A stretch of 64,000 bases of DNA from Eledone cirrhosa (taxonomy: Eukaryota). Shown in pieces: positions 39,201 to 54,200 of the stretch. Made by a program: the position numbers and the translations under genes. Location: assembly GCA_964016885.1 (NCBI GenBank), contig OZ024741.1:396738001-396802000 (forward strand), read 5' to 3'. The first letter of the stretch is position 1. Each line of letters opens with the position of its first letter. The notes beneath the pieces are model-generated. The model was not told the DNA's origin and made no database searches. It worked only from the letters and a program-made list of their open reading frames with translations.

Positions 39201-42200
39201 AATCATTATTGTGTAGTGTTTAATATAAACATTATTGTGTAGTGTCTAATATAAACATTATTGTGTAGTGTCTAATATAAACATTATTGTGTAGTGTCTA
39301 ATATAAACATTATTGTGTAGTGTCTAATATAAACATTATTGTGTAGTGTCTAATATAAACATTATTGTGTAGTGTCTAATATAAACATTATTGTGTAGTG
39401 TCTAATATAAACATTATTATGTAGTGTCTAATATAAACACTATTGTGTAGTGTTTAATATAAACATTATTGTGTAGTGTCTAATATAAACATTATTGTGT
39501 AGTGTCTAATATAAACATTATTATGTAGTGTCTAATATAAACATTATTGTGTAGTGTCTAATATAAACATTATTGTGTAGTGTCTAATATAAACATTATT
39601 GTGTATTCTCTAATATAAACATTATTGTGTAGTTTCTAATATAAACATTATTGTGTAGTGACTAATATAAACAGTATTGTGTAGTGTCTAATATAAACAT
39701 TATTATGTAGTGTCTAATATAAACATTATTGTGTAATGTCTAATATAAACATTATTGTGTAGTATCTAATATAAACATTATTGTGTAAACTCTAATATAA
39801 ACATTATTATGTAGTGTCTAATATAAACATTATTGTGTAGTGTCTAATATAAACATTATTGTGTAGTGTCTAATATAAACATTATTGTGTAGTGTTTAAT
39901 GTAAACATTATTGTGTAGTGTTTAATATAAACATTATTGTGTAGTGTCTAATATAAACATTATTGTGTAGTGTCTAATATAAACATTATTATGTAGTCTC
40001 TCATATAAACATTATTGTGTAGTGTCTAATATAAACATTATTATGTAGTGTCTAATATAAACATTATTGTGTAGTGTCTAATATAAACATTATTGTGTAG
40101 TGTTTAATATAAACATTATTGTGTAGTCTCTAATATAAACATTATTATGTAGTGTCTAATATAAACATTATTATGTAGTGTATAATATAAACATTATTAT
40201 GTAGTGTCTAATATAAACATTATTGTGTAGTGTTTAATATAAACATTATTGTGTAGTGTCTAATATAAACATTATTGTGTAGTGTCTAATATAAACATTA
40301 TTATGTAGTGTCTAATATAATCATTATTGTGTAGTGTTTAATATAAACATTATTGTGTAGTGTCTAATATAAACATTATTATGTAGTGTCTAATATAAAC
40401 ATTATTGTGTAGTGTCTAATATAAACATTATTGTGTAGTGTCTAATATAAACATTATTGTGTATTCTCTAATATAAACATTATTGTGTAGTTTCTAATAT
40501 AAACATTATTGTGTAGTGACTAATATAAACATTATTGTGTAGTGTCTAATATAAACATTATTATGTAGTGTCTAATATAAACATTATTGTGTAATGTCTA
40601 ATATAAACATTATTGTGTAGTATCTAATATAAACATTATTGTGTAAACTCTAATATAAACATTATTATGTAGTGTCTAATATAAACATTATTGTGTAGTG
40701 TCTAATATAAACATGATTGTGTAGTGTCTAATATAAACATTATTGTGTAGTGTTTAATGTAAACATTATTGTGTAGTGTTTAATATAAACATTATTGTGT
40801 AGTGTCTAATATAAACATTATTGTGTAGTGTCTAATATAAACATTATTATGTAGTGTCTAATATAAACATTATTGTGTAGTGTCTAATATAAACATTATT
40901 GTGTAGTTTTTAATATAAACATTATTGTGTAGTCTCTAATATAAACATTATTATGTAGTGTCTAATATAAACATTATTATGTAGTGTCTAATATAAACAT
41001 TATTGTGTAGTGTTTAATATAAACATTATTGTGTAGTCTCTAATATAAACATTATTATGTAGTGCCTAATATAAACATTATTGTGTAGTGTCTAATATAA
41101 ACATTATTCTGTAGTGTCTAATATAAACATTATTATGTAGTCTCTAATATAAACATTATTGTGTAGTCTCTAATATAAACATTATAGTGTAGTGTCTAAT
41201 ATAAACATTATTATGTAGTTTCTAATATAAACATTATTGTGTAGTGTCTAATATAAACATTATTGTGTAGTGTCTAATATAAACATTATTATGTAGTCTC
41301 TAATATAAACATTATTGTGTAGTCTCTAATATAAACATTATTATGTAGTGTCTAATATAAACATTATTGTGTAGCGTCTAATATAAACATTATTGTGTAG
41401 TGTCTAATATAAACATTATTATGTAGTGTCTAATATAAACATTATTGTGTAGTGTCTGATATAAACATTATTGTGTAGTGTCTAATATAAACATTATTAT
41501 GTAGTGTCTAATATAATCATTATTGTGTAGTGTTTAATATAAACATTATTGTGTAGTGTCTAATATAAACATTATTATGTAGTGTCTAATATAAACATTA
41601 TTGTGTAGTGTCTAATATAAACATTATTGTGTAGTGTCTAATATAAACATTATTGTGTAGTCTCTAATATAAACATTATTGTGTAGTGTCTAATATAAAC
41701 ATTATTATGTAGTGTCTAATATAAACACTATTGTGTAGTGTTTAATATAAACATTATTGTGTAGTGTCTAATATAAACATTATTGTGTAGTGTCTAATAT
41801 AAACATTATTGTGTAGTGTCTAATATAAACATTACTGTGTAGTGTTTAACATAAACATTATTGTGTAGTGTCTAATATAAACATTATTGTGTAGTCTCTA
41901 ATATAAACATTATTATGTAGTTTCTAATATAAACATTATTATGTAGTGTATAATATAAACATTATTATGTAGTGTCTAATATAAACATTATTGTGTAGTG
42001 TTTAATATAAACATTATTGTGTAGTGTCTAATATAAACATTATTGTGTAGTGTCTAATATAAACATTATTATGTAGTGTCTAATATAATCATTATTGTGT
42101 AGTGTTTAATATAAACATAATTGTGTAGTGTCTAATATAAACATTATTATGTAGTGTCTAATATAAACATTATTGTGTAGTGTCTAATATAAACATTATT

Positions 42201-45200
42201 GTGTAGTGTCTAATATAAACATTATTGTGTATTCTCTAATATAAACATTATTGTGTAGTTTCTAATATAAACATTATTGTGTAGTGACTAATATAAACAT
42301 TATTGTGTAGTGTCTAATATAAACATTATTATGTAGTGTCTAATATAAACATTATTGTGTAATGTCTAATATAAACATTATTGTGTAGTATCTAATATAA
42401 ACATTATTGTGTAAACTCTAATATAAATATTATTATGTAGTGTCTAATATAAACATTATTGTGTAGTGTCTAATATAAACATTATTGTGTAGTGTCTAAT
42501 ATAAACATTATTGTGTAGTGTTTAATGTAAACATTATTGTGTAGTGTTTAATATAAACATTATTGTGTAGTGTCTAATATAAACATTATTGTGTAGTGTC
42601 TAATATAAACATTATTATGTAGTGTCTAATATAAACATTATTGTGTAGTGTCTAATATAAACATTATTGTGTAGTGTTTAATATAAACATTATTGTGTAG
42701 TCTCTAATATAAACATTATTATGTAGTGTCTAATATAAACATTATTATGTAGTGTCTAATATAAACATTATTGTGTAGTGTTTAATATAAACATTATTGT
42801 GTAGTCTCTAATATAAACATTATTATGTAGTGTCTAATATAAACATTATTGTGTAGTGTCTAATATAAACATTATTCTGTAGTGTCTAATATAAACATTA
42901 TTATGTAGTCTCTAATATAAACATTATTGTGTAGTCTCTAATATAAACATTATAGTGTAGTGTCTAATATAAACATTATTATGTAGTTTCTAATATAAAC
43001 ATTATTGTGTAGTGTCTAATATAAACATTATTGTGTAGTGTCTAATATAAACATTATTATGTAGTCTCTAATATAAACATTATTGTGTAGTCTCTAATAT
43101 AAACATTATTATGTAGTGTCTAATATAAACATTATTGTGTAGCGTCTAATATAAACATTATTGTGTAGTGTCTAATATAAACATTATTATGTAGTGTCTA
43201 ATATAAACATTATTGTGTAGTGTCTGATATAAACATTATTGTGTAGTGTCTAATATAAACATTATTGTAGTGTCTAATATAAACATTATTGTGTAGTGTC
43301 TAATATAAACATTATTGTGTAGCGTCTAATATAAACATTATTGTGTAGTATCTAATATAAACATTATTGTGTAGTGTCTAATATAAACATTATTGTGTAG
43401 CGTCTAATAAAAACATTATTGTGTAGTGTCTAATATAAACATTATTATGTTATGTCTAATATAAACATTATTGTGTAGTGTTTAATATAAACATTATTGT
43501 GTAGTGTCTAATATAAACATTATTATGTAGTGTCTAATATAAACATTATTATGTAGTGTCTAATATAAACATTATTATGTAGTGTCTAATGTAAACATTA
43601 TTGTGTAGTGACTAATATAAACATTATTGTGTAGTGTCTAATATAAACATTATTGTGTAGTGTCTAATATAAACATTATTGTGTAATCTCTAATATATAC
43701 ATTATTGTGAAGTTTCTAATATAAACATTATTGTATAGTGTCTAATATAAACATTATTGTGTAGTGTCTAATATAAACATTATTATGTAGTGTCTAATAT
43801 AAACATTATTGTGTAGTGTCTAATATAAACATTATTGTGTAGTGTCTATTATAAACATTGTTGTGTAATCTCTAATATAAACATTATTATGTAGTGTCTA
43901 ATATAAACATTATTATGTAGTGTCTAATATAAACATTATTGTGTAGTGTTTAATATAAACATTATTGTGTAGTGTCTAATATAAACATTATTGTGTAGTG
44001 TCTAATATAAACATTATTGTGTAGTGTCTAATATAAACATTATTATGTAGTGCTAATATAAACATTATTTTGTAGTGTCTAATATAAACATTATTCTGTA
44101 GTGTCTAATATAAACATTATTGTGTAGTGTCTAATATAAACATTATTGTGTAGTCCCTATTATAAACATTATTATGTAGTGTTTAATATAAACATTATTG
44201 TGTAGTGTTTAATATAAACATTATTGTGTAGTGTCTAATATAAACATTATTGTGTAGTCTCTAATATAAACATTATTGTGTAGTGTCTAATATAAACATT
44301 ATTATGTAGTGTCTAATATAAACATTATTGTGTAGTGTTTAATATAAACATTATTGTGTAGTGTCTAATATAAACATTATTGTGTAGTGTCTAATATAAA
44401 CATTATTGTGTAGTGTCTAATATAAACATTACTGTGTAGTGTTTAATATAAACATTGTTGTGTAGTGTCTAACATAAACATTATTATGCAGTCTCTAATA
44501 TAAACATTATTGTGTAGTTTCTAATATAAACATTATTATGTAGTGTCTAATATAAACATTATTATGTAGTGTCTAATATAAACATTATTGTGTAGCGTCT
44601 AATATAAACATTATTGTGTAGTGTCTAATATAAACATTATTATGTAGTGTCTAATATAAACATTATTGTGTAGTGTCTGATATAAACATTATTGTGTAGT
44701 GTCTAATATAAACATTATTATGTAGTGTCTAATATAAACATTATTGTGTAGTGTCTAATATAAACATTATTGTGTAGTGTCTAATATAAACATTATTATG
44801 TAGTGTCTAATATAAACATTATTTTGTAGTGTCTAATATAAACATTATTATGTAGTGTCTAATATAAACATTATTATGTAGTGTCTAATATAGACATTAT
44901 TATGTAGTGTGTAATATAAACATTATTATGTAGTGTCTAATATAAACATTATTGTGTAGTGTTTAATATAAACATTATTGTGTAGTCTCTAACATAAACA
45001 TTATTATGTAGTGTCTAATATAAACATTATTGTGTAGTGTCTAATATAAACATTATTGTGTAGTGTCTAATATAAACATTATTGTGTAGTGTCTAATATA
45101 AACATTATTGTGTAGTGTCTAATATAAACATTATTGTGTAGCGTCTAATATAAACAAGACATTATTGACATTATATAAGCATTATTACGTAGTGTCTAAC

Positions 45201-48200
45201 ATAAACATTATTATGTAGTGTCTAATATAAACATGATTATGTCCTCTCTAATATAATCATTATTGTGTAGTGTTTAATATAAACATTATTATGTAGCGTC
45301 TAATATAAATATTATTGTGTAGTTTCTAATATAAATATTATTGTGTAGTGTCTAATATAAACATTATTGTGTAGTGTCTAATATAAACATTATTATGTAG
45401 TGTCTAATATAAACATTATTGTGTAGTGTTTAATATAAACATTATTGTGTAGTGTCTAATATAAACATTACTGTGTAGTGTCTAATATAAACATTATTAT
45501 GTAGTCTCTAATATGAACATTATTATGTAGTGTCTAATATAAACATTATTGTGTAGTGTCTAATATAAACATTATTGTTGAGTCTCTAATATATACATTA
45601 TTGTGTAGTGTCTAATGTAAACATTATTGTGTAGTTTCTAATATTAACATTATTGTGTAGTGTCTAATATAATTATTATTGTGTAGGGTCTAATATAAAC
45701 ATTATGTAGTATCTAATATAAACATTATTGTGTAGGGTCTAATATAAACATTATTGTGTAGTGTTTAATATAAACATTATTGTGTAGTGTCTAATATAAA
45801 CATTATTGTGTAGTCTCTAATATAAACATTATTGTGTAGTGTCTAATATAAATATTATTATGTAGTGTCTAATATAAACATTATTGTGTAGTGTTTAATA
45901 TAAACATTATCGTGTAGTGTTTAATATAAACATTATTGTGTAGTGTCTAATATAAACATTATTGTGTAGTGTCTAATATAAACATTATTATGTAGTGTCT
46001 AATATAATCATTATTGTGTAGTGTTTAATATAAACATTATTGTGTAGTGTCTAATATAAACATTATTATGTAGTGTCTAATATAAACATTATTGTGTAGT
46101 GTCTAATATAAACATTGTTGTGTAGTGTCTAATATAAACATTATTGTGTAGTCTCTAATATAAACATTATTGTGTATTCTCTAATATAAACATTATTGTG
46201 TAGTTTCTAATATAAACATTATTGTGTAGTGACTAATATAAACATTATTGTGTAGTGTCTAATATAAACATTATTGTGTAGTGTCTAATATAAACATTAT
46301 TGTGTAGTGTCTAATATAAAACATTATTGTGTAGTATCTAATATAAACATTATTGTGTAAACTCTAATATAAACATTATTATGTAGTGTCTAATATAAAC
46401 ATTATTGTGTAGTGTCTAATATAAACATTATTGTGTAGTGTCTAATATAAACATTATTGTGTAGTGTTTAATGTAAACATTATTGTGTAGTGTTTAATAT
46501 AAACATTATTGTGTAGTGTCTAATATAAACATTATTGTGTAGTGTCTAATATAAACATTATTATGTAGTGTCTAATATAAACATTATTGTGTAGTGTCTA
46601 ATATAAACATTATTGTGTAGTGTTTAATATAAACATTATTGTGTAGTCTCTAATATAAACATTATTATGTAGTGTCTAATATACACATTATTATGTAGTG
46701 TCTAATATAAACATTATTGTGTAGTGTTTAATATAAACATTATTGTGTAGTCTCTGATATAAACATTATTATGTAGTGTCTAATATAAACATTATTGTGT
46801 AGTGTCTAATATAAACATTATTCTGTAGTGTCTAATATAAACATTATTATGTAGTCTCTAATATAAACATTATTGTGTAGTCTCTAATATAAACATTATA
46901 GTGTAGTGTCTAATATAAACATTATTATGTAGTTTCTAATATAAACATTATTGTGTAGTGTCTAATATAAACATTATTGTGTAGTGTCTAATATAAACAT
47001 TATTATGTAGTCTCTAATATAAACATTATTGTGTAGTCTCTAATATAAACATTATTATGTAGTGTCTAATATAAACATTATTGTGTAGCGTCTAATATAA
47101 ACATTATTGTGTAGTGTCTAATATAAACATTATTATGTAGTGTCTAATATAAACATTATTGTGTAGTGTCTGATATAAATTTTATTGTGTAGTGTCTAAT
47201 ATAAACATTATTATGTAGTGTCTAATATAAACATTATTGTGGAGTGTCTAATATAAACATTATTGTGTAGCGTCTAATATAAACATTATTGTGTAGTGTC
47301 TAATATAAACATTATTGTGTAGTGTCTAATATAAACATTCTTGTGTAGCGTCTAATAAAAACATTATTGTGTAGTGTCTAATATAAACATTATTATGTTA
47401 TGTCTAATATAAACATTATTGTGTAGTGTCTAACATAAACATTATTGTGTAGTGTCTAATATAAACATTATTATGTAGTGTCTAATATAAACATTATTTT
47501 GTAGTGTCTAATATAAACATTATTATGTAGTGTCTAATATAAACATTATTATGTAGTGTCTAATATAAACATTATTGTGTAGTGTCTAATATAAACATTA
47601 TTGTGTAGTGTCTAATATAAACATTATTGTGTAGTGTCTAATATATACATTATTGTGTAGTGTCTAATATAAACATTATTGTGTAGCGTCTAATATAAAC
47701 AAGACATTATTGACATTATATAAGCATTATTACGTAGTGTCTAACATAAACATTATTATGTAGTGTCTAATATAAACATGATTGTGTCCTCTCTAATATA
47801 ATCATTATTGTGTAGTGTTTAATATAAACATTATTATGTAGCGTCTAATATAAATATTATTGTGTAGTTTCTAATATAAATATTATTGTGTAGTGTCTAA
47901 TATAAACATTATTGTGTAGTGTCTAATATAAACATTATTATGTAGTGTCTAATATAAACATTATTGTGTAGTGTTTAATATAAACATTATTGTGTAGTGT
48001 CTAATATAAACATTATTGTGTAGTGTCTAATATAAACATTATTATGTAGTCTCTAATATGAACATTATTATGTAGTGTCTAATATAAACATTATTGTGTA
48101 GTGTCTAATATAAACATTATTGTTGAGTCTCTAATATATACATTATTGTGTAGTGTCTAATGTAAACATTATTGTGTAGTTTCTAATATTAACATTATTG

Positions 48201-51200
48201 TGTAGTGTCTAATATAATTATTATTGTGTAGTGTCTAATATAAACATTATGTAGTATCTAATATAAACATTATTGTGTAGGGTCTAATATAAACATTATT
48301 GTGTAGTATCTTATATAAACATTATTGTGTAGTCTCTAATATAAACATTATTGTGTAGTGTCTAATATGAACATTATTGTGTAGGGTATAATATAAATAT
48401 TATTGTGTAGTGTCTAATATAAACATTATTGTGTAGTGTCTAATATAAACATTATTCTGTAGTGTCTAATATAAACATTATTGTGTAGTGTCTAATATAA
48501 ACATTATTGTGTAGTCTCTATTATAAACATTATTATGTAGTGTTTAATATAAACATTATTGTGTAGTGTTTAATATAAACATTATTGTGTAGTGTCTAAT
48601 ATAAACATTATTGTGTAGTCTCTAATATAAACATTATTGTGTAGTGTCTAATATAAATATTATTATGTAGTGTCTAATATAAACATTATTGTGTAGTGTT
48701 TAATATAAACATTATCGTCTAGTGTCTAATATAAACATTATTGTGTAGTGTCTAATATAAACATTATTGTGTAGTGTCTAATATAAACATTACTGTGTAG
48801 TGTTTAACATAAACATTATTGTGTAGTGTCTAATATAAACATTATTGTGTAGTCTCTAATATAAACATTATTATGTAGTTTCTAATATAAACAATATTAT
48901 GTAGTGTATAATATAAACATTATTATGTAGTGTCTAATATAAACATTATTGTGTAGTGTTTAATATAAACATTATTGTGTAGTGTCTAATATAAACATTA
49001 TTGTGTAGTGTCTAATATAAACATTATTATGTAGTGTCTAATATAATCTTTATTGTGTAGTGTTTAATATAAACATTATTGTGTAGTGTCTAATATAAAC
49101 ATTATTATGTAGTGTCTAATATAAACATTATTGTGTAGTGTCTAATATAAACATTATTGTGTAGTGTCTAATATAAACATTATTGTGTAGTGTCTAATAT
49201 AAACATTGTGTATTCTCTAATATAAACATTATTGTGTAGTTTCTAATATAAACATTATTGTGTAGTGACTAATATAAACATTATTGCGTAGTGTCTAATA
49301 TAAACATTATTATGTAGTGTCTAATATAAACATTATTGTGTAGTGTCTAATATAAAACATTATTGTGTAGTATCTAATATAAACATTATTGTGTAAACTC
49401 TAATATAAACATTATTATGTAGTGTCTAATATAAACATTATTATGTAGTGTCTAATATAAACATTATTGTGTAGTGTCTAATATAAACATTATTGTGTAG
49501 TGTCTAATATAAACATTATTGTGTAGTGTCTAATATAAACATTATTATGTAGTGTCTAATATAAACATTATTGTGTAGTGTCTAATATAAACATTATTGT
49601 GTAATGTTTAATATAAACATTATTGTGTAGTCTCTAATATAAACATTATTATGTAGTGTCTAATATACACATTATTATGTAGTGTCTAATATAAACATTA
49701 TTGTGTAGTGTTTAATATAAACATTATTGTGTAGTCTCTGATATAAACATTATTATGTAGTGTCTAATATAAACATTATTGTGTAGTGTCTAATATAAAC
49801 ATTATTCTGTAGTGTCTAATATAAACATTATTATGTAGTCTCTAATATAAACATTATTGTGTAGTCTCTAATATAAACATTATAGTGTAGTGTCTAATAT
49901 AAACATTATTATGTAGTTTCTAATATAAACATTATTGTGTAGTGTCTAATATAAACATTATTGTGTAGTGTCTAATATAAACATTATTATGTAGTCTCTA
50001 ATATAAACATTATTGTGTAGTCTCTAATATAAACATTATTATGTAGTGTCTAATATAAACATTATTGTGTAGCGTCTAATATAAACAGTATTGTGTAGTG
50101 TCTAATATAAACATTATTATGTAGTGTCTAATATAAACATTATTGTGTAGTGTCTGATATAAACATTATTGTGTAGTGACTAATATAAACATTATTGTGT
50201 AGTGTCTAATATAAACATTATTGTGTAGTGTCTAATATAAACATTATTGTGTAGTGTCTAATATAAAACATTATTGTGTAGTATCTAATATAAACATTAT
50301 TGTGTAAACTCTAATATAAACATTATTATGTAGTGTCTAATATAAACATTATTGTGTAGTGTCTAATATAAACATTATTGTGTAGTGTCTAATATAAACA
50401 TTATTGTGTAGTGTTTAATGTAAACATTATTGTGTAGTGTTTAATATAAACATTATTGTGTAGTGTCTAATATAAACATTATTGTGTAGTGTCTAATATA
50501 AACATTATTATGTAGTGTCTAATATAAACATTATTGTGTAGTGTCTAATATAAACATTATTGTGTAGTGTTTAATATAAACATTATTGTGTAGTCTCTAA
50601 TATAAACATTATTATGTAGTGTCTAATATACACATTATTATGTAGTGTCTAATATAAACATTATTGTGTAGTGTTTAATATAAACATTATTGTGTAGTCT
50701 CTGATATAAACATTATTATGTAGTGTCTAATATAAACATTATTGTGTAGTGTCTAATATAAACATTATTCTGTAGTGTCTAATATAAACATTATTATGTA
50801 GTCTCTAATATAAACATTATTGTGTAGTCTCTAATATAAACATTATAGTGTAGTGTCTAATATAAACATTATTATGTAGTTTCTAATATAAACATTATTG
50901 TGTAGTGTCTAATATAAACATTATTGTGTAGTGTCTAATATAAACATTATTATGTAGTCTCTAATATAAACATTATTGTGTAGTCTCTAATATAAACATT
51001 ATTATGTAGTGTCTAATATAAACATTATTGTGTAGCGTCTAATATAAACATTATTGTGTAGTGTCTAATATAAACATTATTATGTAGTGTCTAATATAAA
51101 CATTATTGTGTAGTGTCTGATATAAATTTTATTGTGTAGTGTCTAATATAAACATTATTATGTAGTGTCTAATATAAACATTATTGTGGAGTGTCTAATA

Positions 51201-54200
51201 TAAACATTATTGTGTAGCGTCTAATATAAACATTATTGTGTAGTGTCTAATATAAACATTATTGTGTAGTGTCTAATATAAACATTCTTGTGTAGCGTCT
51301 AATAAAAACATTATTGTGTAGTGTCTAATATAAACATTATTATGTTATGTCTAATATAAACATTATTGTGTAGTGTCTAACATAAACATTATTGTGTAGT
51401 GTCTAATATAAACATTATTATGTAGTGTCTAATATAAACATTATTTTGTAGTGTCTAATATAAACATTATTATGTAGTGTCTAATATAAACATTATTATG
51501 TAGTGTCTAATATAAACATTATTGTGTAGTGTCTAATATAAACATTATTGTGTAGTGTCTAATATAAACATTATTGTGTAGTGTCTAATATATACATTAT
51601 TGTGTAGTGTCTAATATAAACATTATTGTGTAGCGTCTAATATAAACAAGACATTATTGACATTATATAAGCATTATTACGTAGTGTCTAACATAAACAT
51701 TATTATGTAGTGTCTAATATAAACATGATTGTGTCCTCTCTAATATAATCATTATTGTGTAGTGTTTAATATAAACATTATTATGTAGCGTCTAATATAA
51801 ATATTATTGTGTAGTTTCTAATATAAATATTATTGTGTAGTGTCTAATATAAACATTATTGTGTAGTGTCTAATATAAACATTATTATGTAGTGTCTAAT
51901 ATAAACATTATTGTGTAGTGTTTAATATAAACATTATTGTGTAGTGTCTAATATAAACATTATTGTGTAGTGTCTAATATAAACATTATTATGTAGTCTC
52001 TAATATGAACATTATTATGTAGTGTCTAATATAAACATTATTGTGTAGTGTCTAATATAAACATTATTGTTGAGTCTCTAATATATACATTATTGTGTAG
52101 TGTCTAATGTAAACATTATTGTGTAGTTTCTAATATTAACATTATTGTGTAGTGTCTAATATAATTATTATTGTGTAGTGTCTAATATAAACATTATGTA
52201 GTATCTAATATAAACATTATTGTGTAGGGTCTAATATAAACATTATTGTGTAGTATCTTATATAAACATTATTGTGTAGTCTCTAATATAAACATTATTG
52301 TGTAGTGTCTAATATGAACATTATTGTGTAGGGTATAATATAAATATTATTGTGTAGTGTCTAATATAAACATTATTGTGTAGTGTCTAATATAAACATT
52401 ATTCTGTAGTGTCTAATATAAACATTATTGTGTAGTGTCTAATATAAACATTATTGTGTAGTCTCTATTATAAACATTATTATGTAGTGTTTAATATAAA
52501 CATTATTGTGTAGTGTTTAATATAAACATTATTGTGTAGTGTCTAATATAAACATTATTGTGTAGTCTCTAATATAAACATTATTGTGTAGTGTCTAATA
52601 TAAATATTATTATGTAGTGTCTAATATAAACATTATTGTGTAGTGTTTAATATAAACATTATCGTCTAGTGTCTAATATAAACATTATTGTGTAGTGTCT
52701 AATATAAACATTATTGTGTAGTGTCTAATATAAACATTACTGTGTAGTGTTTAACATAAACATTATTGTGTAGTGTCTAATATAAACATTATTGTGTAGT
52801 CTCTAATATAAACATTATTATGTAGTTTCTAATATAAACAATATTATGTAGTGTATAATATAAACATTATTATGTAGTGTCTAATATAAACATTATTGTG
52901 TAGTGTTTAATATAAACATTATTGTGTAGTGTCTAATATAAACATTATTGTGTAGTGTCTAATATAAACATTATTATGTAGTGTCTAATATAATCTTTAT
53001 TGTGTAGTGTTTAATATAAACATTATTGTGTAGTGTCTAATATAAACATTATTATGTAGTGTCTAATATAAACATTATTGTGTAGTGTCTAATATAAACA
53101 TTATTGTGTAGTGTCTAATATAAACATTATTGTGTAGTGTCTAATATAAACATTGTGTATTCTCTAATATAAACATTATTGTGTAGTTTCTAATATAAAC
53201 ATTATTGTGTAGTGACTAATATAAACATTATTGCGTAGTGTCTAATATAAACATTATTATGTAGTGTCTAATATAAACATTATTGTGTAGTGTCTAATAT
53301 AAAACATTATTGTGTAGTATCTAATATAAACATTATTGTGTAAACTCTAATATAAACATTATTATGTAGTGTCTAATATAAACATTATTATGTAGTGTCT
53401 AATATAAACATTATTGTGTAGTGTCTAATATAAACATTATTGTGTAGTGTCTAATATAAACATTATTGTGTAGTGTCTAATATAAACATTATTATGTAGT
53501 GTCTAATATAAACATTATTGTGTAGTGTCTAATATAAACATTATTGTGTAATGTTTAATATAAACATTATTGTGTAGTCTCTAATATAAACATTATTATG
53601 TAGTGTCTAATATACACATTATTATGTAGTGTCTAATATAAACATTATTGTGTAGTGTTTAATATAAACATTATTGTGTAGTCTCTGATATAAACATTAT
53701 TATGTAGTGTCTAATATAAACATTATTGTGTAGTGTCTAATATAAACATTATTCTGTAGTGTCTAATATAAACATTATTATGTAGTCTCTAATATAAACA
53801 TTATTGTGTAGTCTCTAATATAAACATTATAGTGTAGTGTCTAATATAAACATTATTATGTAGTTTCTAATATAAACATTATTGTGTAGTGTCTAATATA
53901 AACATTATTGTGTAGTGTCTAATATAAACATTATTATGTAGTCTCTAATATAAACATTATTGTGTAGTCTCTAATATAAACATTATTATGTAGTGTCTAA
54001 TATAAACATTATTGTGTAGCGTCTAATATAAACAGTATTGTGTAGTGTCTAATATAAACATTATTATGTAGTGTCTAATATAAACATTATTGTGTAGTGT
54101 CTGATATAAACATTATTGTGTAGTGTCTAATATAAACATTATTATGTAGTGTCTAATATAAACATTATTGTGTAGTGTCTAATATAAACATTATTGTGTA

